A stretch of DNA of 48,160 nt from a virus (taxonomy: Duplodnaviria > Caudoviricetes), in IMG/VR virus record IMGVR_UViG_3300037422_000690, positions 1 through 48,160 of that record. One strand, given 5' to 3'. The notes below the pieces were generated by a model. The model ran no database searches, was not told where the DNA came from, and was given only the letters and a program-made list of their open reading frames with translations. Below, in pieces: positions 8,205-17,848 of the stretch. The position numbers were made by a program, and so were the translations under genes. The stretch's first letter is position 1. Every line of letters begins with the position of its first letter.

Positions 8205-9217
8205 GCACCCCGACGGTTTCGACCTACTCCATGTGGAACCTGTTCCGGAACTGCCGGAAGGCGGTCGAGTGGCGCTACATCCACGAGCTGGTTCCTATGG
8301 GACGAGACCGCAACCTGCACTTCGGTACCTTGATCCACGAGTGCCTCCAGACCTGGCACCAGAACCGCAATCTCAACGAGGTGCTCGGGCTCATCGATCG
8401 CCTCTGTCCGAACCGGCTTCAGGACGAGGCCCAGCGCCGGGACTGGCACTTGGCCACGTCCATGATGAAGGCCTACGCGGCGCGGTACTCGACCGAGGAC
8501 TTCGAGGTTGTCGCGCTGGAGAAGACTTTCCAGGGACCGATCGTCAACCCCGCGACCGGCGCCGCCTCTCGGAGCTTCGTCCTCGCCGGCAAAGTTGACG
8601 GCATCTTTCGCATCGGCGCCGATCACTTCATCCTGGAGCACAAAACTGCCTCGCAGCTTGATGCCGACTACCTCGAGCGGCTCTGGACCGATTTCCAGAT
8701 CACGATCTACGCCCATTACGTCGAGCAGGCGCTGGGCATCCCGATCACCGGCGTCATCTACAACATCCTGGTCAAGGCCAGGCTCCAGCAGGGCAAGGGC
8801 GAGACCGAAGAAGAGTTCGAGGCCCGGCGCGCCGAGTTGCTCGCGAAGTCCAAGACCGGCAGGACCACGGCGAAGCGGAAGCTTCCCGAGACAGATGAAG
8901 AGTTCCAGCAACGTCTCGCCGAGAAGTACACCGACCCCGCCATGTTCCACCGCGAGATGCTGTACCTCTCACGCGACCGGTTCGAGATTCTGCGCGGCGA
9001 GCTGTGGGAGTTGACGAAGGCGTTCCTCGACGCCCGGCGCCGCGGGGTTTTCTACCAGAACACCAGCTTCTGTTTCAACTACCAGCGGCCGTGTCCCTAC
9101 TTCGCGCTCTGCCGGTCCAACGGTAACCCCAACGTCATCGAGAACTTCTACCAGCGGGTTGCGCCCAACGAGGAGTTGCGGGTGCTGCCCGGTGACGCAG
9201 CCGAACCAGCTTTCTGA
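8201..9217 (+). CDS. PD-(D/E)XK (RecB/AddB-like) exonuclease
   Basis: FGTLIHECL, LAGKVDGI, ILEHKT, QITIY motifs; one N-terminal Cys (NCRK) plus C-terminal CFNYQRPCPYFALC, consistent with an Fe-S staple. Confidence 0.88.
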   Translation: MSTPTVSTYSMWNLFRNCRKAVEWRYIHELVPMGRDRNLHFGTLIHECLQTWHQNRNLNEVLGLIDRLCPNRLQDEAQRRDWHLATSMMKAYAARYSTEDFEVVALEKTFQGPIVNPATGAASRSFVLAGKVDGIFRIGADHFILEHKTASQLDADYLERLWTDFQITIYAHYVEQALGIPITGVIYNILVKARLQQGKGETEEEFEARRAELLAKSKTGRTTAKRKLPETDEEFQQRLAEKYTDPAMFHREMLYLSRDRFEILRGELWELTKAFLDARRRGVFYQNTSFCFNYQRPCPYFALCRSNGNPNVIENFYQRVAPNEELRVLPGDAAEPAF

Positions 9218-9224
9218 AAGGAGC

Positions 9225-9989
9225 ATGACAACAGCTATGTCCATTTTGCCAACCACCAAAGCACCGCCCAAGCCCAGCCTGGCCGATCTCACCGTGCTCG
9301 TGTACGGGCAAACCAAGATCGGAAAGTCGACCCTCTGCTCCCAGGCCGAGGGCGCGCTGTTCCTTGCCGCCGAGCCAGGACTGAACGCGCTCGACGTCTA
9401 CCAGGTGCCCATCCAGACCTGGGAGGACCTGCTCAACGCCTGCGCCGAGATCGTCGAGGCCAAGCATCCCTTCAAGACGGTCATCCTCGACACGATCGAT
9501 AACGCCTACAAGTTCTGCACGGACTACATCCTGCGGAAGTTCAAGGTCGATCACGAGTCGGATCTGCCCTACGGCAAGGGCTACGCCATCGTCAACAACG
9601 AGTTCCAGCGGGTGCTGACGAAGCTGGCATTCCTGCCCTACGGCCTGTTCCTCGTATCGCACGCAAAGGAGATCGAGATTGAGACCCGCACGGGCAAGTA
9701 CACCCGCATCGTACCGACCCTGCCCGACAAGGCGCGGAAGATCGTCCTGGGCATGGTCGACATGGTTTTGTACTGCGACCTGGAGCTAACCGCCGGCGAG
9801 AATGAGGAGCCGCAGATCCGGCGTGTAATCCGAACCAAGCCGAGCCTGTACTACGAGGCCGGCGATCGCACGGGGCGGATACCGGAGACGATTGACCTCG
9901 ACTTCAAGAAGTTCCTCGACGCCTTCAACGCAGCCGTGGCGCCGCTCAAAGCGCCGGCGGCCGGCAAGCCCGTGGCGTCGGGCAAGTAA
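9225..9989 (+). CDS. AAA_24 / Sak4-like ATPase (single-strand annealing candidate)
   Basis: Walker A YGQTKIGKST, Walker B TVILDT; sits between exonuclease and SSB-like gene; ATG 9225 with AAGGAG. Confidence 0.85.
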   Translation: MTTAMSILPTTKAPPKPSLADLTVLVYGQTKIGKSTLCSQAEGALFLAAEPGLNALDVYQVPIQTWEDLLNACAEIVEAKHPFKTVILDTIDNAYKFCTDYILRKFKVDHESDLPYGKGYAIVNNEFQRVLTKLAFLPYGLFLVSHAKEIEIETRTGKYTRIVPTLPDKARKIVLGMVDMVLYCDLELTAGENEEPQIRRVIRTKPSLYYEAGDRTGRIPETIDLDFKKFLDAFNAAVAPLKAPAAGKPVASGK

Positions 9990-10014
9990 ATCAGATCCCA
10001 AGGAGGGGAATCCT

Positions 10015-10476
10015 ATGAGCAAGCGCACTTCGATTGACCTCTCGCAGTTCGACGAGGAGTTTCGCAACGAGCAGCCCGAAGAACGAGGCGAGTTCGAGAG
10101 CGTCCCCGATGGCAAGTACCAGGTAGCCGTCGAGAAGGTGGAGTTGACCGAGGCGCAGAGCTCCGGCAATCCCATGCTGAAGTGGACGCTCCGGATCATC
10201 GCGCCGAAGTTCGTCAACCGGCTGCTGTGGCGGAACAGCGTCATCACCCACAACACGCTGAAGTACGTCAAGACCGACCTGCACCTGTGCGGGCTGGATC
10301 TCGACAAGCTTTCGGAGCTGCCGAAGCACCTGAAGAAGCTACTCGACATGAAGCTCGAGGTCACCAAGAAGACCAAGGGCGACAACGAGAACATCTTCTT
10401 CAACCGGCGGATCGAGAACGACCGGGCGCCCGGCAAGTTTCGGCAGGAGGCGAAGGACGCCCTTGTTCCGTTCTAG
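10015..10476 (+). CDS. DUF669-like single-stranded DNA-binding protein
   Basis: VPDGKYQVAVEKVELTEAQSSGNPMLKWTLRI and an SSB-like ..VPF C-terminus; ATG 10015 with AAGGAGG. Confidence 0.8.
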   Translation: MSKRTSIDLSQFDEEFRNEQPEERGEFESVPDGKYQVAVEKVELTEAQSSGNPMLKWTLRIIAPKFVNRLLWRNSVITHNTLKYVKTDLHLCGLDLDKLSELPKHLKKLLDMKLEVTKKTKGDNENIFFNRRIENDRAPGKFRQEAKDALVPF

Positions 10477-10912
10477 TCGGACGCCCGCGTGTCTGGTGGT
10501 CGATACGCGCGAGCAGGAGCCGTACGCTTTCGATTCTCCGCAGGCCACGGTCGTGCGGCGGGCGTTGCCGGCGGGCGATTACTCCGTGCTGGGGCTTGAG
10601 GGCCTGGTGGCGGTGGAACGCAAGACGCTGGACGACTTCGTCTCCACCGTCATCCACAGCCGCGGGCGATTCCGGAGGGAGTTGCGGAAGCTGAGCGGCT
10701 ACCGGGCCGCCTGCGTAGTGGTCGAGGCCAGTCTCAGCGACATCCTGCTTGGGCGCTACCGGGGCGGTGCACACCCAAACGCGGTCCTCGGGAGTGCCCT
10801 CTCGATCATTCTCGACCACCGCATTCCGGTGTTCTTCTGCTCGAGCCGCCAGGCGGCTTGCCGATTCGTACAGGCGTACCTGTTGGGTGCCCACGCGAGG
10901 TGGAACTCATGA
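10463..10912 (+). CDS. ERCC4-domain nuclease
   Basis: VVDTREQ...LPAGDYS...VAVERKTLDDF is the ERCC4/XPF signature; start uncertain. Confidence 0.88.
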   Translation: MFRSSRTPACLVVDTREQEPYAFDSPQATVVRRALPAGDYSVLGLEGLVAVERKTLDDFVSTVIHSRGRFRRELRKLSGYRAACVVVEASLSDILLGRYRGGAHPNAVLGSALSIILDHRIPVFFCSSRQAACRFVQAYLLGAHARWNS

Positions 10913-13101
10913 AGACCGCGAGCCTGCCGGTGCCTCGCACAAGCCTTCGCGGAGTGGTGGAGATGGTCTTTTACTCCGGGCCAGCGTTCACAGCCGGAAA
11001 GCTCCGGGCGCCGGATGGCTCTTTGGTGAAGTTCGCCGGCAAGGTGTTCGCCAGGCCGAACGACCCAGTCCGCCTCGAGGGCCACTGGGTCGACCACCAC
11101 AAGTACGGCCGCCAATTCCAGGCCGAGAGTTTGGGGCACGATCTGGAGCTCGACCCGGAGGGGTTGGCGAACTACCTGGCCAACAACCCCGACGTTAAGG
11201 GGATCGGCCCCGCCAAGGCCAAGCTGATCGCAGACCACTTTAGCGCAGGATTCGACCTGGCGATCCGAGACAGCCCGGAAGCCGTCGCAGAGGTGGCCAA
11301 GGTCCCGATCGACACCATCTTGAACCTGCGCAAGGTGTGGATCGCGAGCAGCGACTTCAACGCCGCGATGGCGTACCTGTCGGCCTACGGGCTGACCCAC
11401 CACCAGGTCACGACGCTGGTGGACAAGTTCGGCAGCGAGGTAGTCCCGATCCTGGAACACGACCCCTACGCGCTGATCCGGGAGATCCCTGGCTTCGGTT
11501 TCAAGCGCGTGGACAAGATCGCCCGAAAGATGGGCACGCCTAAGGATCTACCCTCGCGGATCCGCACCGGCATCCATTACTGCGTGCTCGAGGCGCTGGA
11601 TGACGGTCACTGTTGGGTCGAGTACGAAGACCTGCTCGACCGCGCCAACACCGTCCTGGTGATGGACACGCTCGATAGCCGGGAAGTGATCGAAAAACAC
11701 CTCGAAGCGCTGATCGCCGAAGGCGCATTGACCTGCACGCCCTTCGAACGGCTGGTCGTGGCCGATCCAGCGATCCAGCGGATGGAGCAGGAGCTGGCCA
11801 GGATCTTCAAAGACGCCCAGAAGCCAAACCCAGCCGTCAAGGAGACGGGCGACCTCGAAAAACTCCTGGATGCCGAGGGTGCGGAACTCAATGCGGAGCA
11901 GCGCGACGCGGTGAAGAACGCTCTGCTGTTCTCCATTTCGTTGATCGCTGGCGGAGCCGGCAGCGGCAAAACCTACGCGGTCTCGACGATCAACACCATC
12001 GCCGAGCGATTGGAGCTAAAGGTCGTCCTGGCGGCACCGACAGGCAAGGCCGCCAAGCGCCTCGAGGAGGTGATTGGCCATGAGGCGAGCACCATCCATC
12101 GGTCGCTCGGCTTCAATGGCCATACATTCGCCCGGGGCCCCGAGAATCCGATCGAAGCCGACATCCTAGTCATCGATGAGGTGTCCATGGTGGATGTCTC
12201 TCTGGCCTGGCAGCTCTTCCAGGCGGTTGACCGCCAGAAGACGGCTGTCGTGCTGGTCGGCGACCACAACCAGTTGCCGCCCGTTGGACCGGGGAATCTT
12301 TTGCGCGATCTCGTGCAGTCGCGGGCTGTACCGACCACGCTGCTCACGAAGATCATCCGCCAGGCCGGGATTCTGAAAGAAAACTCGATTGCCATCCTGA
12401 CGGCCGCGGTCCGTCCCACTACGGAGCAGGTGGCGAACGGCCGCCGCGCTTGGTACGTGGTCGACCAGTTCAGCGACCGCGCCGACGTCCGGCGGATGCT
12501 GACGCTGCTGTTTGACGAGGTGCTCGCCGAGCGACTTGGCTTCGACCTGATTCGCGATGTTCAGGTGTTGACGCCCACCCACAAGGGGCCACTCGGCACT
12601 GCCGAGTTGAACGTCGAGCTGCAGCGGCTGCTCCAGAAGAAGCTCTTCGGTTTCGAGGTCCCTGAAGTCGAGCCGGGGCGCCGCCCAAGGCTCTTTCCCC
12701 ACGACAAGGTCATCCAAACCAGGAACGACTACCGCATCGGCGTCATGAACGGCGCTATGGGAGTGATCCTGGCCGCGGAGGAAGACGGCGGCCTCACCAT
12801 CGACTTCGACGGGAACGTGGTTCAGATCGACGGCGACTCGCCGGAGCTTAGCCACATTCAACTGGCCTACGCGACCTCGGTGCACAAGATGCAGGGATCG
12901 GAGTTTCCGTGTGCGGTGGTGATCGTCCACAAATCACACTCCTTCATGCACCACCGCAACCTGCTCTACACCGCCGTCACGCGCGCCAAAGAGTCCGTAA
13001 TCATCCTCGGCGACCGTTGGGGCATCGAGAACTGCGCCAACAAGCGCCAGGTCGATCGGCGGAACACGTTCCTATCGTTCTTGCTCAACGGGCACGCATG
13101 A
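10909..13101 (+). CDS. recD2: RecD2-like SF1B helicase
   Basis: N-terminal OB-like region (HHKYGRQF), HhH VKGIGPAKAKLI, Walker A GGAGSGKT, DEVSMV, GDHNQLPPVG, YATSVHKMQGSE, LLYTAVTRAK. Confidence 0.92.
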   Translation: MKTASLPVPRTSLRGVVEMVFYSGPAFTAGKLRAPDGSLVKFAGKVFARPNDPVRLEGHWVDHHKYGRQFQAESLGHDLELDPEGLANYLANNPDVKGIGPAKAKLIADHFSAGFDLAIRDSPEAVAEVAKVPIDTILNLRKVWIASSDFNAAMAYLSAYGLTHHQVTTLVDKFGSEVVPILEHDPYALIREIPGFGFKRVDKIARKMGTPKDLPSRIRTGIHYCVLEALDDGHCWVEYEDLLDRANTVLVMDTLDSREVIEKHLEALIAEGALTCTPFERLVVADPAIQRMEQELARIFKDAQKPNPAVKETGDLEKLLDAEGAELNAEQRDAVKNALLFSISLIAGGAGSGKTYAVSTINTIAERLELKVVLAAPTGKAAKRLEEVIGHEASTIHRSLGFNGHTFARGPENPIEADILVIDEVSMVDVSLAWQLFQAVDRQKTAVVLVGDHNQLPPVGPGNLLRDLVQSRAVPTTLLTKIIRQAGILKENSIAILTAAVRPTTEQVANGRRAWYVVDQFSDRADVRRMLTLLFDEVLAERLGFDLIRDVQVLTPTHKGPLGTAELNVELQRLLQKKLFGFEVPEVEPGRRPRLFPHDKVIQTRNDYRIGVMNGAMGVILAAEEDGGLTIDFDGNVVQIDGDSPELSHIQLAYATSVHKMQGSEFPCAVVIVHKSHSFMHHRNLLYTAVTRAKESVIILGDRWGIENCANKRQVDRRNTFLSFLLNGHA

Positions 13102-15929
13102 CTCTCAACGACGTGCAGGACTACTACCGCCGGGTCACCGACGTCGACATCGGGGAGATTGCGCGCGACTTGCTCGCCGGAAGGATCACGCAGGAGTCTC
13201 CACGGACCCTCTTCTGTGATTGCCCGAATCACCGCAGCCAGTCCCACCGGTCGTTGCACATCATGCTCGACAAGCAGGGCTGGTACTGCTTCGGCTGTGG
13301 AATGGGCGGCGACGTCCTGCAGCTTGTCGAGTTCGTCCATCACGGCGTCGTGACCCGGGGCCAGTCGGGCCGCATGCCGGAGTCGCACCGCCAGGCGCGC
13401 GACTTCCTGGCCGCGCGGGTGGGAATGCCGCCCCTCTCCAAGCTCGGCGCGGGCCCCGCCGATCTGGAGGAGATCGAGGAAGCCCACCGCCTGACACTGC
13501 GCGTTTGGGAGGCACTCACCGTTCTGGCGGAGCTCTATCACGAGCGCCTGCTCGGCCATCCCGAAGTACTCGGCTGGTTCCGCAGCCAGTACGGCATCGG
13601 CGACGAGACGATCGCCCGGCTGAAGATCGGCTTCGCTGACAACGGGGAACCCAGCGTTATCCAGGCGTTGATAAATGGCGCAGGGGCTTTCACAATGCGG
13701 GAGCTGGCGGCCACCTCGGCCTTTCGCCCCACGGCCCAGGACAGTCTGGTCCCATTCTTTGAAGGCCGCATCGTTTTCCCTTACTGGAGTCGCGGCCACG
13801 TCGTATTCATGATCGGCCGCCGGACGCCGTGGACGCCCGATCAGCCCTGGGAGAAGTCCAAGTACAAGAAGCTGGCGGTCCACAACGATCGCAACCACAG
13901 CCACGTCGCGCCGTGCATCCGGAACGATGTCCTCTACAACGAGGACGTGCTGCTCGCGCGCCCCGAGCGCATCATCATCACCGAAGGAGTCACCGATTGC
14001 ATTTCGCTCATGGAGCGCGGGTTCCCGGCGGTGTCACCAGTGACCGTGCAGATCCGCGAGGCCGATTGGGAGCGATTACTGCCGAAGCTCGCCGGCGTGA
14101 AGACCGCCTACATCTGCCAGGACAACGAGGTTTCCGAGGCCGGGCTGAACGGCGCCCTGCGCACGGCGCGCGTGCTGGCAGGCCACGGCATCCTTACCCG
14201 ACTGGCCATCTTACCCCTTGGGGAGAAGCAGCAAAACGCGCGGCGTGAGCTCACGCAGCGATTCGGCGTCGATGCGGCGGCGGGGACCAAGGATCTGGCC
14301 AAGCAGCTCGAAGGGAAAACGCCCGAAGAGGTCCAGGAAGCTGAGGCACTCCTGGCCGACGCGAAGATAGACGTGAACGAATTCTTCGCCGCCGGAAAGA
14401 CTGCCGAGGATTTCGAGGAGCTTGTCGCTGGCTCCCAAACTCCGCTGGAGCTGGCGATCTCCAGGCTGGACGCGAACACTCCCGACGAAGACATCGGCCG
14501 CTTGCTCGAGCCCATCCTGACTGAGATTGGACAGCTCAATCCCATCGAGCAGGATCGTCACCTCAAACTCATTCAGAATCAGATCGGCAAAGCCAAGCTC
14601 CCCGTCAGCACCCTGCGCCGGCAGTTGAAAGTCGTCGTCCTCGACCACCGCGCCCGGAGCAAGTACGGGCGATCTTCGAACGGCGGCCGGCAACGTGGGG
14701 CCCAGACCCTGGCTATGGCCCAAACCCAGGGACAACCAGGAGACGATTGGCGATCGTCGTTGCTACTCAACCTCAACGGCACGATCAAACCGGTCCTCGC
14801 CAACGCGATCACCGCCCTGCGGGCCGCGCCGGAATGGGCCGGCGTCCTGGAGCACAACGAGTTTGCCCATTGCACCGTCATGCAGCGCCCGGCGCCGTGG
14901 ATGCCGCCCGACACACGGATGCCGCTCGAGTGGGCCACGCGGGAGGACATCCTGACGACCGAGTGGCTCCATCACCAGGGCATCTTCGTTTCAGCCGAAG
15001 TTACCGGCCAGGCGGTTGAGGCCGTTGCCGGCGCCCATCCATTCCACCCCGTGCGGCAGTACCTCAGGGGGCTTCAGTGGGACGGCACTGCCCGCCTCTA
15101 CACTTGGCTGAGCACGTACTTGGGCGTCGAGCGATCTGGCTACGCAACAGCCGTAGGCTCGCGGTGGATGATCTCAGCCATCGCCCGCGTGTTCGAGCCA
15201 GGCTGCAAGGCAGACTGCTGCCTGATCCTTGAGGGACCGCAGGGGATCAAGAAATCGACTGCACTGCGGGTGCTTGCGGAACCCTGGTTCACTGACGAGA
15301 TTGCCGATCTGGGCTCCAAAGACGGCGCGCTGCAAACCCGTGGGGTGTGGGTCATCGAGATCGCCGAGCTCGACTCGATGTCGCGTTCCGAGGTCGGCCG
15401 GATCAAGGCCTTCATGAGCCGGTCGACGGATCGCTTCCGGCCACCGTATGGTAAGCGCCCGATCGAATCACCGCGCCAATGCGTTTTCGCCGGCAGCGTC
15501 AACCACAGCACCTATCTGCGGGATGAAACCGGCGGGCGGCGGTTCTGGCCGGTGGAGTGCCAAGCCCCGGTGATCGACGTCGATGCGCTGGCGCGCGACC
15601 GGGATCAACTCTGGGCTGAGGCCGTGTCGCTGTACTTCGATGGCAAGGTCTGGTGGCTCGATTCCGTCGAGTTGAACCGCCAGGCGGCCGACGAACAGGC
15701 CGACCGTTACGAGGGGGACCCGTGGGACGAGTTGATCATGCAGTGGGCTGCGGGGAGGGAATCGGTGTCCATCGAGGAGGTGCTGTCGTTGTGCCTGGAG
15801 AAGCGAAAGGACCAGTGGACCCAGTGGGACAAGATCCGCGTGGCGCGCTGTCTGAGGGCCCACGGTTGGGAGCGGTTCAAATGCGGCCCGCGAGAGAGCC
15901 GGGAGTGGCGATACAGGAGGCTGGAATAA
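13098..15929 (+). CDS. Primase-helicase fusion (CHC2 zinc finger + TOPRIM + VirE/VapE P-loop)
   Basis: CPNH...WYCFGC zinc finger; IITEGVTDCISL TOPRIM; LILEGPQGIKKST, IEIAELD, LRDETGGRRFWPV VirE motifs; ATGA overlap at 13098. Confidence 0.9.
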   Translation: MTLNDVQDYYRRVTDVDIGEIARDLLAGRITQESPRTLFCDCPNHRSQSHRSLHIMLDKQGWYCFGCGMGGDVLQLVEFVHHGVVTRGQSGRMPESHRQARDFLAARVGMPPLSKLGAGPADLEEIEEAHRLTLRVWEALTVLAELYHERLLGHPEVLGWFRSQYGIGDETIARLKIGFADNGEPSVIQALINGAGAFTMRELAATSAFRPTAQDSLVPFFEGRIVFPYWSRGHVVFMIGRRTPWTPDQPWEKSKYKKLAVHNDRNHSHVAPCIRNDVLYNEDVLLARPERIIITEGVTDCISLMERGFPAVSPVTVQIREADWERLLPKLAGVKTAYICQDNEVSEAGLNGALRTARVLAGHGILTRLAILPLGEKQQNARRELTQRFGVDAAAGTKDLAKQLEGKTPEEVQEAEALLADAKIDVNEFFAAGKTAEDFEELVAGSQTPLELAISRLDANTPDEDIGRLLEPILTEIGQLNPIEQDRHLKLIQNQIGKAKLPVSTLRRQLKVVVLDHRARSKYGRSSNGGRQRGAQTLAMAQTQGQPGDDWRSSLLLNLNGTIKPVLANAITALRAAPEWAGVLEHNEFAHCTVMQRPAPWMPPDTRMPLEWATREDILTTEWLHHQGIFVSAEVTGQAVEAVAGAHPFHPVRQYLRGLQWDGTARLYTWLSTYLGVERSGYATAVGSRWMISAIARVFEPGCKADCCLILEGPQGIKKSTALRVLAEPWFTDEIADLGSKDGALQTRGVWVIEIAELDSMSRSEVGRIKAFMSRSTDRFRPPYGKRPIESPRQCVFAGSVNHSTYLRDETGGRRFWPVECQAPVIDVDALARDRDQLWAEAVSLYFDGKVWWLDSVELNRQAADEQADRYEGDPWDELIMQWAAGRESVSIEEVLSLCLEKRKDQWTQWDKIRVARCLRAHGWERFKCGPRESREWRYRRLE

Positions 15930-15943
15930 TGCCGACCAAGTCG

Positions 15944-16249
15944 GTGTCCCAGTCTTGTGGGGCGTGTCCCAGTCTGGTGTCCCAGTACTGGGACACGGGC
16001 AACTCGATGAAGGCAAACTCGGTTAGGAGCCGTGTCCCAGTGTCCCAGTCTGCTCCTTATAAAAGGATACAGAGAAGAATAACGTGTGGTGCTGAGTGGA
16101 ATAAGGATGTGAAGCGTAATTTTTATAGGAAGTGTAGGAGGGCGACCCGGACAACTGGGACACTGGGACACCGAATCGTAAGTGGCTCACCATCAACCAC
16201 TCACGGTGCCCCAGTCTCGTCGGCGTGGGACTGGAAGACACTGGGACAC
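15944..16249. repeat. GTGTCCCAGT iteron cluster around an AT-rich core, putative replication origin
   Basis: Forward copies at 15944, 15964, 15977, 16032, 16040 and 16206 (1 mismatch); reverse copies at 15987, 16154, 16162, 16240; AT-richer core about 16050-16150; directly after the primase-helicase. Confidence 0.8.
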
Positions 16250-16260
16250 CGGAGGGCATC

Positions 16261-17010
16261 ATGACCGCGGCCGCTCTTCCACTACCGCGGCCGCGGGCTG
16301 CGGCGTCCACGGCGTTGTACGTTTCACCCGCGCTGGACACCTGGTTAACTGACCGGCCCGAGTGGTTCGCCCGCGATCTCCAGATCAACGACACCTGCTA
16401 CCGGCGGCTCGATCCGGAGTACTTCGTTTGGCTGCGGTCGAAGATGTTGCTGGCCAAGCAAGCCGCCGAGGGAGGCCACCTTGACTCGACGGCGTTCGAC
16501 GAGTTGCGAACCAGGTTCAATGCCATCCAGGAGTGGGCGAAGGCGGCGTTCGGTGAGGCCGCGCTGCTGGAGGCAATCCGCGATCTCAACGAGGCCGACT
16601 ATCGACCGCCGGCGCCAGATGCTCCGCCTTCTCGCGACGGTACCGGCAGCCGGCCCGTCGTCTCGGACGCCCATCACGAGGCGCTGGAGCGCGCCAGAGG
16701 CTTGGTCGACCAGATCCGGGACCAGGCTCTCGGTCTCGGGTGGACGCTCGAGAGCCTCTATCGATCCGATGGCTTCCAACGGAGGTCGTTCGCGGCTAAG
16801 TCCGGCCTGGTGTGCTACATCGGCCCGAACGACCGGCTGGGCGAAGTCACGCGGCAGTCCATCGAGATCATCGGCCCGCCGCCCGTTGAGGTAAGGCAGC
16901 GCTTCTACAACCCGGACGTCGAACAGCCGTGGATAGTCCGGATTGGATCCCGCGAAAAAGTGAATCTGGGGATATACACTCTGGCGCTGTTCCGCGTATG
17001 TTTACGGTGA
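16261..17010 (+). CDS. Hypothetical phage protein
   Basis: ATG 16261 with GGAGGG RBS; 249 aa; no motif recognised. Confidence 0.75.
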   Translation: MTAAALPLPRPRAAASTALYVSPALDTWLTDRPEWFARDLQINDTCYRRLDPEYFVWLRSKMLLAKQAAEGGHLDSTAFDELRTRFNAIQEWAKAAFGEAALLEAIRDLNEADYRPPAPDAPPSRDGTGSRPVVSDAHHEALERARGLVDQIRDQALGLGWTLESLYRSDGFQRRSFAAKSGLVCYIGPNDRLGEVTRQSIEIIGPPPVEVRQRFYNPDVEQPWIVRIGSREKVNLGIYTLALFRVCLR

Positions 17011-17120
17011 AGGCTCGGTTCGACAGGCCAGCGCAAGGCGCACCCTCCGAAAGGTCCCTCAACACATGTTAGTTCCTTGCGGGAATACCCGCAATCCAAC
17101 TTGGGCCTCACGGGAGACCT

Positions 17121-17447
17121 GTGCGCAAAAGCATCCGGATTGAAAACCCGGTTTCCGACTGTCGATTCACTTCAAGGAATCGCGCCAAGCGCTTTGTGGC
17201 GCAGGGGCGAGCGGAGTGGGTCGACCCCGGAGTCTCCATCCGATTCATTAAGTCGGACCACCGGCATCGCTCCGCGCAAAAGTCGGTCGACGTGACGCGC
17301 TACTGGTATGAGCGGGCAGCGCACACCGGGATGGCGAAACTTTCGGAGTTGGCGAACCTGCCGATGATCTCCCCCGGCGTGCTCTTGGGTTTCGGCAAGA
17401 GAAAGGGCGCCAGCAGGCACCTTTTCCTGGCGATTCGAGGGCGCTGA
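17121..17447 (+). CDS. Hypothetical basic protein
   Basis: GTG start with GGAG RBS; 108 aa. Confidence 0.6.
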   Translation: MRKSIRIENPVSDCRFTSRNRAKRFVAQGRAEWVDPGVSIRFIKSDHRHRSAQKSVDVTRYWYERAAHTGMAKLSELANLPMISPGVLLGFGKRKGASRHLFLAIRGR

Positions 17448-17677
17448 CTGCAGTAGCCGATCAAGTCTTCCACCAGCCACGGTTTTCCAGCCAAGATTCG
17501 CATCCCCCCACGGAGGTCCGTGGTCCGCGTGCTGATGAAAGACGGAATCCCCTGCGATGAGTTCGTCGAGGTAACCATTCCAGCCAGAACCATCGGTATG
17601 CGGGACGCGCGAAAGCGGCCGTCGCGGTGCGAGACGCCCGGCAGGATCGGTCGGTAGAGAAACGAGGGGCCTTGACC

Positions 17678-17848
17678 ATGCGGGCTGAGCGGGTGCGGGC
17701 TGGCGGCAAGTTCCTGGCGATCGAGCGTGGGTTGCTTTCGCGCTGGAGCGGCCGGCCCTTTCAGCGCGTCTTGCGACAGTTGGCAGAGATCTGCCGGGCT
17801 AAGCAGGAGATGGCTCCGGCAAACCTCAAACCATGCGCAAGAGCGTAA
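17678..17848 (+). CDS. Small hypothetical protein
   Basis: ATG 17678 preceded by GAGGGG; 56 aa; weak support. Confidence 0.35.
   Translation: MRAERVRAGGKFLAIERGLLSRWSGRPFQRVLRQLAEICRAKQEMAPANLKPCARA

Noticed and set aside
8201-9217. Cas4 of a CRISPR system
   Set aside because: Shares the Fe-S/RecB motifs but lies in a phage exo-Sak4-SSB block without cas1/cas2.
15944-16249. CRISPR array
   Set aside because: Units are 10 bp, in both orientations, irregularly spaced; no cas operon.
15653-16264. ORF across the iteron region
   Set aside because: Overlaps the primase end and reads through repeats with no protein-like features.
17520-17657. Small ORF VVRVLMKDGIPCDEFVEV...
   Set aside because: About 45 codons with poor RBS spacing; cannot be supported without homologs.
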